Shown here piece by piece: positions 1 through 12,653 of a DNA stretch of 64,000 nt (its first letter is position 1; the number at the start of each line of letters is the position of its first letter). Where the stretch lies: assembly GCA_002269645.1 (NCBI GenBank), contig NIVC01000573.1, positions 186,001-250,000 of the forward strand. The letters run 5' to 3'. The notes beneath the pieces are model-generated. The model was not told the origin of the DNA. It did no database searches and saw only the letters and a list, made by a program, of their open reading frames with translations. The translations under genes and the position numbers were made by a program. The stretch is from Macrostomum lignano (taxonomy: Eukaryota).

Positions 1-3000
1 CCCCGGCTGTCTTTGACCCTAATCTGCCCCCGGCTGTCTTTGACCCTAATCTGCCCCCCGCTGTCTTTGACTCTAATCTGCCCCCCGGCTGTCTTTGACT
101 CTAATCTGCCCCCGGCTGTCTTTGACCCTAATCTGCCCCCGGCTGTCTTTGACTCTAATCTGCCCCCCGGCTGTCTTTGACTCTAAACTGCCCCCCGGCT
201 GTCTTTGACCCTAATCTGCCCCCGGCTGTCTTTGACTCTAATCTGCCCCCCGGCTGTCTTTGACCCTAATCTGCCCCCCCGGCTGTCTTTGACTCTAATC
301 TGCCCCCCGGCTGTCTTTGACTCTAATCTGCCCCCCGGCTGTCTTTGACTCTAATCTGCCCCCCGGCTGTCTTTGACCCTAATCTGCCCCCCGGCTGTCT
401 TTGACTCTAATCTGCCCCCCGGCTGTCTTTGACCCTAATCTGCCCCCCGGCTGTCTTTGACTCTAATCTGCCCCCCGGCTGTCTTTGACTCTAATCTGCC
501 CCCCGGCTGTCTTTGACTCTAATCTGCCCCCCGGCTGTCTTTGACTCTAATCTGCCCCCGGCTGTCTTTGACCCTAATCTGCCCCCGGCTGTCTTTGACT
601 CTAATCTGCCCCCGGCTGTCTTTGACTCTAATCTGCCCCCGGCTGTCTTTGACTCTAATCTGCCCCCGGCTGTCTTTGACCCTAATCTGCCCCCGGCTGT
701 CTTTGACTCTAATCTGCCCCCGGCTGTCTTTGACTCTAATCTGCCCCCGGCTGTCTTTGACTCTAATCTGCCCCCGGCTGTCTTTGACTCTAAATTGCCC
801 CCGGCTGTCTTTGACCCTAATCTGCCCCCGGCTGTCTTTGACTCTAAACTGCCCCCGGCTGTCTTTGACTCTAAACTGCCCCCCGGCTGTCTTTGACTCT
901 AATCTGCCCCCGGCTGTCTTTGACTCTAATCTGCCCCCCCGGCTGTCTTTGACTCTAATCTGCCCCCGGCTGTCTTTGACTCTAATCTGCCCCCCCGGCT
1001 GTCTTTGACCCTAATCTGCCCCCCGGCTGTCTTTGACTCTAATCTGCCCCCGGCTGTCTTTGACCCTAATCTGCCCCCCGGCTGTCTTTGACCCTAATCT
1101 GCCCCCGGCTGTCTTTGACCCTAATCTGCCCCCGGCTGTCTTTGACCCTAATCTGCCCCCGGCTGTCTTTGACTCTAATCTGCCCCCGGCTGTCTTTGAC
1201 CCTAATCTGCCCCCGGCTGTCTTTGACCCTAATCTGCCCCCGGCTGTCTTTGACCCTAATCTGCCCCCGGCTGTCTTTGACCCTAATCTGCCCCCGGCTG
1301 TCTTTGACCTAATCTGCCCCCGGCTGTCTTTGACCCTAATCTGCCCCCCGGCTGTCTTTGACCCTAATCTGCCCCCCGGCTGTCTATGACTCTAATCTGC
1401 CCGCCGGCTGTCTTTGACCCTAATCTGCCCCCGGCTGTCTTTGACCCTAATCTGCCCCCGGCTGTCTTTGACCCTAATCTGCCCCCGGCTGTCTTTGACC
1501 CTAATCTGCCCCCGGCTGTCTTTGACCCTAATCTGCCCCCGGCTGTCTTTGACCCTAATCTGCCCCCCGGCTGTCTTTGACCCTAATCTGCCCCCCAGCT
1601 GTCTTTGACCCTAATCTGCCCCCGGCTGTCTTTGACCCTAATCTGCCCCCCGGCTGTCTTTGACTCTAATCTGCCCCCGGCTGTCTTTGACCCTAATCTG
1701 CCCCCGGCTGTCTTTGACCCTAATCTGCCCCCGGCTGTCTTTGACCCTAATCTGCCCCCGGCTGTCTTTGACCCTAATCTGCCCCCGGCTGTCTTTGACC
1801 CTAATCTGCCCCCGGCTGTCTTTGACCCTAATCTGCCCCCGGCTGTCTTTGACTCTAATCTGCCCCCGGCTGTCTTTGACCCTAATCTGCCCCCGGCTGT
1901 CTTTGACCCTAATCTGCCCCCCGGCTGTCTTTGACCCTAATCTGCCCCCGGCTGTCTTTGACCCTAATCTGCCCCCCGGCTGTCTTTGACTCTAAACTGC
2001 CCCCGGCTGTCTATGACCCTAATCTGCCCCCGGCTGTCTTTGACTCTAATCTGCCCCCGGCTGACGTCTTTGACTCTAATCTGCCCCCGGCTGTCTATGA
2101 CCCTAATCTGCCCCCCGGCTGTCTTTGACTCTAAACTGCCCCCGGCTGTCTATGACCCTAATCTGCCCCCGGCTGTCTTTGACTCTAATCTGCCCCCGGC
2201 TGACGTCTTTGACTCTAATCTGCCACCGGCTGTCTTTGACCCTAATCTGCCCCCCGGCTGTCTTTGACCCTAATCTGCCCCCCGGCTGTCTTTGACCCTA
2301 ATCTGCCCCCCGGCTGTCTTTGACCCTAATCTGCCACCGGCTGTCTTTGACCCTAATCTGCCCCCCCGGCTGTCTTTGACTCTAATCTGCCCCCGGCTGT
2401 CTTTGACCCTAATCTGCCCCCCGGCTGTCTTTGACTCTAATCTGCCCCCGGCTGTCTTTGACCCTAATCTGCCCCCCGGCTGTCTTTGACCCTAATCTGC
2501 CCCCCGGCTGTCTTTGACCCTAATCTGCCCCCCGGCTGTCTTTGACCCTAATCTGCCCCCCGGCTGTCTTTGACTCTAATCTGCCCCCGGCTGTCTTTGA
2601 CCCTAATCTGCCCCCCGGCTGTCTTTGACCCTAATCTGCCACCGGCTGTCTTTGACCCTAATCTGCCCCCCGGCTATGACCCTAATCTGCCCCCGGCTGT
2701 CTTTGACCCTAATCTGCCCCCGGCTGTCTTTGACCCTAATCTGCCCCCGGCTGTCTTTGACCCTAATCTGCCCCCGGCTGTCTTTGACCCTAATCTGCCC
2801 CCGGCTGTCTTTGACCCTAATCTGCCCCCGGCTATGACCCTAATCTGCCCCCGGCTGTCTTTGACCCTAATCTGCCCCCCGGCTGTCTTTGACCCTAATC
2901 TGCCCCCCGGCTGTCTTTGACCCTAATCTGCCCCCGGCTGTCTTTGACCCTAATCTGCCCCCCGGCTGTCTTTGACCCTAATCTGCCCCCCGGCTGTCTT

Positions 3001-4410
3001 TGACCCTAATCTGCCACCGGCTGTCTTTGACCCTAATCTGCCACCGGCTGTCTTTGACCCTAATCTGCCCCCCGGCTATGACCCTAATCTGCCACCGGCT
3101 GTCTTTGACCCTAATCTGCCCCCCGGCTATGACCCTAATCTGCCCCCCGGCTGTCTTTGACCCTAATCTGCCCCCCGGCTGTCTTTGACCCTAATCTGCC
3201 CCCCGGCTGTCTTTGACCCTAATCTGCCCCCCGGCTGTCTTTGACCCTAATCTGCCCCCCGGCTGTCTTTGACCCTAATCTGCCACCGGCTGTCTTTGAC
3301 CCTAATCTGCCCCCCGGCTTGACCCTAATCTGCCCCCGGCTGTCTTTGACCCTAATCTGCCCCCGGCTGTCTTTGACCCTAATCTGCCCCCGGCTGTCTT
3401 TGACCCTAATCTGCCCCCCGGCTGTCTTTGACTCTAATCTGCCCCCCGGCTGTCTTTGACCCTAATCTGCCCCCCGGCTGTCTTTGACCCTAATCTGCCA
3501 CCGGCTGTCTTTGACTCTAATCTGCCACCGGCTGTCTTTGACCCTAATCTGCCCCCCGGCTGTCTTTGACCCTAATCTGCCCCCCGGCTGTCTTTGACTC
3601 TAATCTGCCCCCGGCTGTCTTTGACCCTAATCTGCCCCCGGCTGTCTTTGACCCTAATCTGCCCCCGGCTGTCTATGAGCCTAATCTGCCCCCGGCTGTC
3701 TTTGACCCTAATCTGCCCCCCGGCTGTCTTTGACTCTAATCTGCCCCCCGGCTGTCTTTGACCCTAATCTGCCCCCGGCTATGACCCTAATCTGCCCCCG
3801 GCTATGACCCTAATCTGCCCCCGGCTATGACCCTAATCTGCCCCCCGGCTATGACCCTAATCTGCCCCCGGCTATGACCCTAATCTGCCCCCCGGCTATG
3901 ACCCTAATCTGCCCCCGGCTATGACCCTAATCTGCCCCCGGCTATGACCCTAATCTGCCCCCGGCTATGACCCTAATCTGCCCCCGGCTATGACCCTAAT
4001 CTGCCCCTCGGCTATGACCCTAATCTGCCCCCCGGCTATGACCCTAATCTGCCCCCCTGGCTGTCTTTGAACCTAATCTGCCCCGCCCCGCTGTCTATGA
4101 CCCTAATCTGCCCCCCACTCGGCTAAGACCCTAATCTGCCCCCCCCCTGCTATGACCCTAATCTGCCCCCTGGCTGTCTTTGAACCTAATCTGCCTGCAG
4201 CTGTCTATGACCCCAATCTGCCCCTCCCCGCGGCTGTCTTTGACCCCAATCTGCCCCTCCCCGCGGCTGTCTATGACCCTAAATCTGCCCCCCCCGGCTG
4301 TCAATGACTCAATCTGCCCTCGGCTGTTTATGACTCTAATCTGCCCCCGGCTGTTTGACATTAATCTGCTCCCGGCTGTCTATGATCCTAATATGTCCCC
4401 CGGCTATGAC
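1..4410. repeat. 27-28 bp minisatellite (ccccggctgtctttgaccctaatctgc) in ALG8 intron 9, truncated by the window start
   Basis: Visible tandem array. A 22-23 bp deletion variant dominates ~3780-4050 and the edge degenerates by ~4410. Confidence 0.98.
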
Positions 4411-4454
4411 CCTAAAGTAATTACACTCTACAAAAATTCCTTAAAAAACTACTA

Positions 4455-4635
4455 CCTCGCTACATTATGGTCAGCTAAACACACGCATACCATAGCTGGT
4501 GAAGAGCAAGTTATAAACTTCGCTACATTATGGTCAGCTAAACACACGCATACCATAGCTGGTGAAGAGCAAGTTATAAACTTCGCTACATTATGGTCAG
4601 CTAAACACACGCATACCATAGCTGGTGAAGAGCAA
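4455..4635. repeat. 63-bp unit tandem repeat, about 2.9 copies
   Basis: cgctacattatggtcagctaaacacacgcataccatagctggtgaagagcaa recurs at 4458, 4521 and 4584. Confidence 0.95.
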
Positions 4636-4800
4636 CGGGAACAGTGAGAAATGCCCGATCGGCAGCACCAGAAGGGCCAGTCGGGCGTGAAACTCGGATT
4701 CGAACATCAGGAGGCTGTGGAAAATTCAGATTAATAAATCAAACCTCACTTAGTAACATCTAATTCAAAGCAAACTGACTGCTTATAAAAATATACTTAC

Positions 4801-7561
4801 ATGAGCAGGGGTATAATGAGCAGTATGGCTTTCTCGTGCACGTGCCAGCCGAAATTGTACGCGGTCCAGGCGCAGAGGACGGCTGACTCGATGCACAGAG
4901 TTCGGGACGGCTTGCCGGACACAGGAGACCAGGTGCGATACAGGATGGGCTGTCGGTGAGCAAGGGAAGGCAGACTTTGAGCTCTGATTATCGCCTGTCT
5001 ATGACCCCTTCCACCACTATTTTGGCCCGCTATCAGTGACCCTACCTGCCTGTTGCCTGTCTCTATTTTCGCTTTCAATGCCTAGTGTCTACTGTCTATG
5101 ACCCTACGGTTACTGTCTTTGACCCTACTGTCTACTGGTCTATGACCCTAGTGTCTACTGTCTATGACCCTAGTGTCTACTGTCTATGACCCTAGTGTCT
5201 ACTGTCTATGAACCTACTGTCTACTGTCTATGACCTTACTGTCTACTGCCTATGACCCTAGTGTCTACTGTCTATGACCCTATTGTCTACTGTCTGTATG
5301 ACCCTAGTGTCTACTGTCTGTATGACCCTAGTGTCTACTGTCTATGACCCTACTGTCTACTGTCTGTATGACCCTACTGTCTACTGTCCTAGGCCCTAGG
5401 GTGAACTGTCTGTATTTACATCTATTTCTTATTGACTAGAATATTAGAAATTGAGTCACTACAGATAGGGCATCTAAGTATCAATGCCGTCTCACCAGCA
5501 GAAACAGCGCAGTCAGCAGGAAGGTGTGCACCGGCCTGATGCTGGGCAGCACAGCGTGCTCAAACTCCTCAACCAGACCACCCGTCATGACGCCGACTCC
5601 TGGCTGCTTGGTGAGCAGGCCGAGGCGACAACCTGAGAATTCGAGTAAAAAGAAGTTAGAGGCGGGTCTATCGACAGATCTATGAAATCGGCAAACTGAA
5701 AGCGGCACACTCACCGACAATCTCCAGCAGCTTGTCCAAGCAGTTGTACAGAGTCCAAAAATTCGGCGCCCAGTACGCGTGGCAGAGGCCGCGTTTAAAT
5801 GGAAACAGGCGGGACAGCAGCTGGGGAATCTGCGACTGCCCAAAAGTACAAAATAATTTATTTATTTATTTATTTGCAACTATTCTGACGCAAGCTAAAC
5901 ATACTACTTAAATTAGTATTGAAACTGCATCACTAAAAGTTGAGTTTAATTCTACGAGTATTTACAAGCACGTAAAATTATTCGACTCTAACCTGTGGTA
6001 CGGCCCGATCCGACTATGACCTGTCTATGGTCTAATCCGACTATGAATGACCTGTCTATGGCCAAATCCGACTATGAATGACCTGTCTATGTCGCAATGC
6101 GACTATGATTTGTCTCGCTGTGTAATTGAAATAATAGCAATGTACCATAAATTGATAAGAGAAAAAAATTCTAAATTTAAATAATGGCTCACCAATTACG
6201 TGTATATGGCCCAATTCGACTATGACCTGTCTATGGCCCAATCCGACTATGAATTGTCCATGTCCCGATCATACTAAGAATGACCTATGGCCCAATCCGA
6301 CTATGGTTTGTCTATGGCCAAATCTATGACCTATCTATGGCGCAATCCGGCTATGATTTGTCTAAGACTCAATCCGACTATGACCTGTCTATGGCCCAAT
6401 CCGAATATGATTTGTCTATGACCCAATCCGTTTATAACCTGTCTATGGCCCAATCCGACTCTGAATTGTCTATGGCCCAATCAGACTATGAATGGTCTAT
6501 GGCCCAATCCGACTATGACCTGTCTATGGCCCAATCCGAATATGATTTGTCTATGACCCAATCCGACTATGATCTGTCTAAGGCGCAATCCAACTATGAT
6601 TTGTCTATGGCCCAATCCGACTCTGAATTGTCTATGGCCCAATCCGACAATGATTTGTCTATGGCTCAATCTGACTATGACCTGTCTATAGCTCAATCTG
6701 ACTATGACCTGTCTATGGCCAAATCCGACTATGAATTGTCCATGGCCCAATCAGACTATGAATGGTCTATGGCCCAATCCGACTATGATTTGTCTATGGC
6801 CCAATATGACTATGACCTGTCTAAGGCACAATCCAACTATGATTTGCCTATGGCCTAATCCGATTATGACCTCTCTATGGCCCAATCCGAATATGACCTG
6901 TCTATGGCCTAATCCGACTATGACCTGTCTCTGACCCCCGCCAACAACAAACGAGGACTCACGTGATAGGCGAACGGGGCCAGAGAAGTGGCCAGCACGG
7001 CCAGAACAATCCCGCCAAGAGAGGCCAGCCGAGCTACGCTCAGACTGCCGCCAATAGCGGGCAGCTTAACAGCCAGATGGCCTGAAGTGCAAGATATTGG
7101 AGCGGCACAGTGTAGGAATACAACAAGACAACTAAACAGTCAGCTGGTCTCAACCAAAATACCTGTCGAAAACCGGCCGATGCAATAATGCCGCAGCAAG
7201 TAGACAAACAGGGCAGGCGCGCAGTACAAATAAATGTGCTTGAAGTTCAACAGGGCGGCGAACAGCAGAGCCCCGGCCTTGGCTTGTCCGCGTCTGATGC
7301 ACAGCAGGGAGCCAATCAGAAGGCCGGTCAGCATGCCGTTGTACTGGAAGTGAATGTCTGCGGGTGGGTGAATGTCCGTAGGGTTAGAAAGATAGACGGA
7401 ATGCATTTAGATAGAACAAGACAACCGGACAGACAGGCAGGCAGGCAGAACACGCAGTCAAGGCAGACAAGACAGTGAGAGAGATAAGACAGACAGTGAG
7501 AGAGACAAGACAGACAGTGAGAGAGACAAGACAGAGAGTGAGAGAGACAAGACAGACAGTG

Positions 7562-7630
<69 letters not shown>

Positions 7631-9366
7631 TAGACAGTGAGACAGACAGACAGATAGACAGACATAGACAGTGAGACAGACAGACAGTGAGACAGACAAG
7701 ACAGACACTGAAGGCAGACAAGACACTGAAGCGCCAAAAGCCTGAAGTCAAACGCAATGCAGCTGGCCAGCCCAAAGCCACAGTTCTCACGATCAACGAT
7801 GAGCAGTCCAAAGTTGCACAGCAACAACAGGGCCGTCCACAATGCTGGCGCGCCGACGCCACCGCGACCGCCGCGCGTCGCCGATTTCGAAGCCGCGCCG
7901 CCTACGTCGGAGACAATTCTGAGCTCGGAGAAATAATTGGCAAAGGCGGATCAATACCTCCGCATGTCAACTTTAAGAACCTATCTATAACATATCAGGG
8001 ACCTAATTTTAACATAAAGTCTTGTTAACTCCTGTCTATGACCTGTTTTAAACGCTGTCTATGACCTGTTTTAAACGCTGTCTATCACCTGTTTTAAACG
8101 TTGTCTATGACCTGTTTTAAACCCTACATATGACCCGTTTTAAACCCGGCATATGACCTGTTTTAAACCCGGCATATGACCTGTTTTAAACCCTACATAT
8201 GACCTGTTTTTAACCCTACATATGACCTGTTTCAAACCCTGCATATGACCTGTTTTTAACCCTACATATGACCTGTTTTTAACCCTACATATGACCTGTT
8301 TTAAACCCTGCATATGACCTGTTTTAAACCCCGCATATGACCTGTTTTAAACCCTGCATATGACCTGTTTCAAACCCCGCATATGACCTGTTTTAAACCC
8401 TGCATATGACCTGTTTCAAACCCTGCATATGATTTGTTTTAAACCCTACATATGACTTGTTTTAAACCCCGCATATGACCTGTTTTAAACCCTGTCTGTC
8501 TATGGTCCGTTCTAAACTATTCTATGACCCACCAGCCGCTGCAATGGCGCAAACACAGGAATTGGCATTAAACAAGCGGGGATTCGGGAACTCACGCCAG
8601 ACAGGCAGCAAACAGGGCAGCATCGCTGACAATAACGCTGACTCTCTGGAACATGACTGTGGCGCCGGAGGCGTAGTTCAAATTGCTGACATTCAGCATG
8701 CCCGGATCGACCAGTGCAGCCAGCTGCGAGAGGCTCCACTCGAAGTAGGCAAAGTAGGGCGGGTAGTCCAGAGTCCATTGAGATGTATTCTGAGAGAAAT
8801 AGGTTGGTGACGGCAGTGACAGTGAATACTGGGGCAGTGACAGTGAATACTGGGGCAGTGACAGTGAATACTGGGGCAGTGGCAGTGAATACTGGGGCAG
8901 TGACAGTAAATACTGGGGCAGTGACAGTAAATACTGGGGCAGTGACAGTGAATACTGGGGCAGTGACAGTGAATATACTGGGGCAGTGACAGTGAATATT
9001 GGGTGACAGATGACAACCTGAATACTGTCGTGTTGCAGAAACAGTGACAGTTTAAAAAGACACAATAAATTTAAAAAACTAGCTTGTTAATTAAACCTTA
9101 CCTCAGAGTACCACTTGCTCAGTGGCAAAGAGTGGGTGATGGCTAACCAATTCCTGTGCACCTCAAAGTCGGTTGAATAGCTGAATAAAGAATATAATAG
9201 CAACTTTATACTCAATCAAAAATGTGAAACAATTATTGATTTTTGGAGCATTTATATATTTCTAATATGGCACTTACTATAGCTGTGAGAACAGGAGCTT
9301 CAGAAAAGTCAGCCCAGCTGCCACTAGAATAACATCAGTGTGAAATCCAGAGGCATTTTTCGCCAT
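4801..9366 (-). CDS. ALG8: ALG8 alpha-1,3-glucosyltransferase, 3'-partial. Exons: 9366-9278, 9180-9102, 8789-8596, 7918-7791, 7357-7163, 7081-6963, 5835-5715, 5632-5496, 4949-4801
   Basis: Spliced translation gives ALG6/ALG8 family motifs [97 protein letters not shown] and [12 protein letters not shown]. All introns are GT-AG with consistent phases. HRNWLAITH and [11 protein letters not shown] are ALG8-type. Confidence 0.95.
5090..5390. repeat. ~22 bp minisatellite (ctactgtctatgaccctagtgt), ALG8 intron 8
   Basis: Visible tandem array. Confidence 0.95.
6005..6930. repeat. 27 bp minisatellite (ccgactatgacctgtctatggcccaat), ALG8 intron 6
   Basis: Visible tandem array. It explains the repetitive ORF 6280-6858. 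Confidence 0.95.
7470..7720. repeat. (GACA)n-derived microsatellite, ALG8 intron 4
   Basis: gacagaca / gacagtgagaga runs. Confidence 0.93.
8030..8500. repeat. 23 bp minisatellite (catatgacctgttttaaaccctg), ALG8 intron 3
   Basis: Visible tandem array. Confidence 0.95.
8810..9010. repeat. 21 bp minisatellite (gcagtgacagtgaatactggg), ALG8 intron 2
   Basis: Visible tandem array. Confidence 0.95.
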
Positions 9367-12300
9367 TGTTATCTACTGTGCAGCAAAAGACATAGTAGTC
9401 GCTTTCTATTAGCGAATATGAATTGTTATAATTATGGCTGTATATTAGCTAATATTAAAAAAGTTACCTTTCTGAAAATGTTCTCTCTCTCTTTGAAACT
9501 CAATTTTAAAATTGCTATATATATTATGCAGACATTCATACCTATATATATTAGTGTTCCATTTTCTAAAATTGATCATATACCTAGATACATGTAGATA
9601 GATACCAACAAACTATTTTAGTATATGGATTGCAATGTGAGTCTCTTCTATAGATATAGGTTGAGATAAATCAAATTTCATAAAATTAAGAAACCACATC
9701 TGTTTTTTCAGTTTGAAATATGCTAATTCATATATAAAACATTAATTTTTGTACAAAATGTTTTGGTTTAGTGGTACCTTATTATTTTTATTTTTATTAT
9801 TTACATTATTTGTGTGCCTTAAGCCTTATTATACCTTAAAAAAGTCATAACTATTTGAATGCAATAACAAGTTTTTCCCTTTACAATTATCATTCTAAAA
9901 ATATGTTTACCTTTGGTTAGACCTATGCTATCATTTTAAGAGTAATTTTTTTGTTTTTTCCCTTTTTCTTTACTTTGTTTTACTTTACTTTTATTGTGTC
10001 TTTTTTACTTTAAACAATTTTCCTTGAGTGATTAACCATAGTGACTATACTAGTGTAAAAACCAATATATGGTTAATATGTTTGATTGCCTTCCTAACAG
10101 AGGAGAATAGACTGCTAGTTATTTCTATAGACTTGGTTTGAACTTGAAGTCTACAGCTTCTGTAGCCTTAATATTGTTTTTTTATAAACTTAAAGACTAA
10201 AGAAAAGGCCTATAAATTGTTATGTTGATATTATTAATCCAATGCTAGTAAATAAACTTTGTTACCAGAGTTTCAGGAATTACAACTTTTATGAATAATT
10301 AATTAAAAGAGTTTTGACAAAGTTAAAAATATGATTCGACTTTTTGTCTACAATTTGTAGCATACTTTTGTCAATTTTTATTAAAGTGAGTGTAACAAAA
10401 TTATATAGGGTTTCCAAAATATATTTAAATAGAACAAAAGTTTAAAACCTAAGTATCCTTTTTATTTTTAAATAAATTTTTGATTACTAAGTTTTGAGTA
10501 TGTTTGCACTGATATAGAGCCTAGGACCAAATTATTTTAATTTTTTAAATATTTTTATATATTTTCCCTATTGGAATAAGTGTAAAAACTTATAGACATG
10601 CAACATGGGGTCTAAAATTGTAGCTCAAAATGTGATAAGACAGAACATGTTAACTTTTGCACCAAATATAGGCATAGGCCTAGTACTAATTAGATAACAT
10701 GGCATTTAGACTGATCAGGACAGTCATAGTTACTTTTGTTATTTATCCAAAAACTATATGCAGCAATACTACCTGCCTTTACTCTAGCCACTATGTGCCA
10801 TTGTAAAATTCCAAAATTATGATAGATGGTTAGATACCTTTTGTCTGCATATTCCAATAGGGTATAATTGTGTTCCATTGCAATAGGTTATATTATTAAC
10901 TTATGCCTAGGGATGCCAATTCTAGTTAACCAGTTAACCAAAAAATGGTTTTGGGGCTTTTAATCCACTTTTGGTCTAGTTTTTGCACTTTTAAATTATA
11001 TTTTTAACAATTTTAAGCATTTTATTTTATAAACAAGCTAAGATTTAATGTTGCAGTTTATTTTTATATCATTATATCACACATTGTAATTAATACAAAC
11101 TATTTCTATGCAAGATTTGTATCTATTCAACTGTAATTTATGAATTACAAATCACGAATCATCATTTGTAGATTAAATATGCATTATGAGAAGGAATAAG
11201 AGCCTAATCTAATACCATAGTATTAGATTAATACCAGATAATACTAGAAGTTCATCTGCCAAACTGATCATGCCGCATTAACCTGGATCTTAAGGCAAAC
11301 TCAACAAATAGGCATCTTTGGACAATGGCTACAGCGCCTCAGCAAGTTTGAATTCGAGATTTAGCACCAAAAGTCAAGTCAGCATCAAAATGCCGACGGT
11401 CTCTCAAGACAGCCCGAGGACAACACTGAATGTTTGGAGGAGGCTCAGCATGAAAGCAGCTGACGAGGACCAAAGTAAGCAGCCAGCTGCAATAACTGGC
11501 ACAGCGGCACCGAAGGTCCACGACAGCAGCTATCCTAGTCCTCTACCGAGCAAGAAGCAACTGACCCACCAGAATCAACAAAAACCACCAACAAAACTGG
11601 AAGAGTCCAACTGCGAGGCGACGCCGCCAGCATCATTGACAGCTGACAGCAAGCCTCTGACAGCGCTGCACCTGCCAGCGACAAAGCCAAGGCCATCAGC
11701 CAGCCATTTTCAAGACTCTCAGAGGTTGCCCACCAGCTTTAGTAGCACGACATGTTGCCCTTCAAGGAGCAACCATCTACTAGCTGAAGGCAACGAGGAC
11801 AGCGACCACAGCATAGCTAGCGACGACCGCTACCAACTCGCTCGCCGTCCTGTGTTCAAGAAAGTGAGATTCAGCATTGACGCCAACAGCTCTGCTGACT
11901 CACCTTCATCTGATGACGAATCCAATTCTGCCGACAGGGATGCCAAAAAGACCGACAAGGATTGGCCTTCAAATTCAACAACAACCCGGCAACCGGTTAG
12001 AGTAGCAACCATGCAGAGGGAGCTCCAGACCCCGAACCATGCCGCCGCAGCCAAAGCCGCATCAACTAATTTGACTAACAAATGCCAAACCTGGAACTTA
12101 ACTGATCAAATCCCGAGACCAGTCACTCGTGAGGAGCTCCAGACACATCAGCATGCTGACTCTGCCATCGCGATGATGATCAACTTAATCGAAAGTCGAC
12201 AGCCAAAACTGCCGCTAAATCAGCGATTGAGTCTAACAAGAGATAAGCAAAATCTGTTAGCATTCTATGAGCAATTGGAAGTCCGAGACGACGGACTATT

Positions 12301-12653
12301 AGTCATTCATCTCAACGATGTTGGCAAGGAGGACAAAGCAAGGATCGTCCTGCCGAAGAGTCTCGATGCCACAGTGTTCGCCAACCTGCACGGTTTGCCC
12401 TACTGCAGACACATGGGCTGAGACCTCTTCATCGCGAAGGTGCACGAAAGGTTCTGGCGACCTGCCCTGGCCAAGGCAGTGTCTGACTATGTCGCTTCCT
12501 GCCAGACCTGCACTCAGAGCAAAGGACGGCGACGAGTTCCGGCACATGTATAATCATTTCCAATCTGCAAAATCTATGGGCAATGCGCGATCGACATCAT
12601 GGGCCCCACTGGAGACCCAACAGACCGAGGCAATAAGTACATCCTGACCTACG

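Noticed and set aside
513-3459. Many long ORFs (PPAVFDPNL / TLICPRLSL repeats), and similar ones at 6280, 41075, 42856, 45047, 49911, 55860 and 56744
   Set aside because: These are translations of stop-poor tandem repeats inside introns, open in several frames and broken by unit-length indels.
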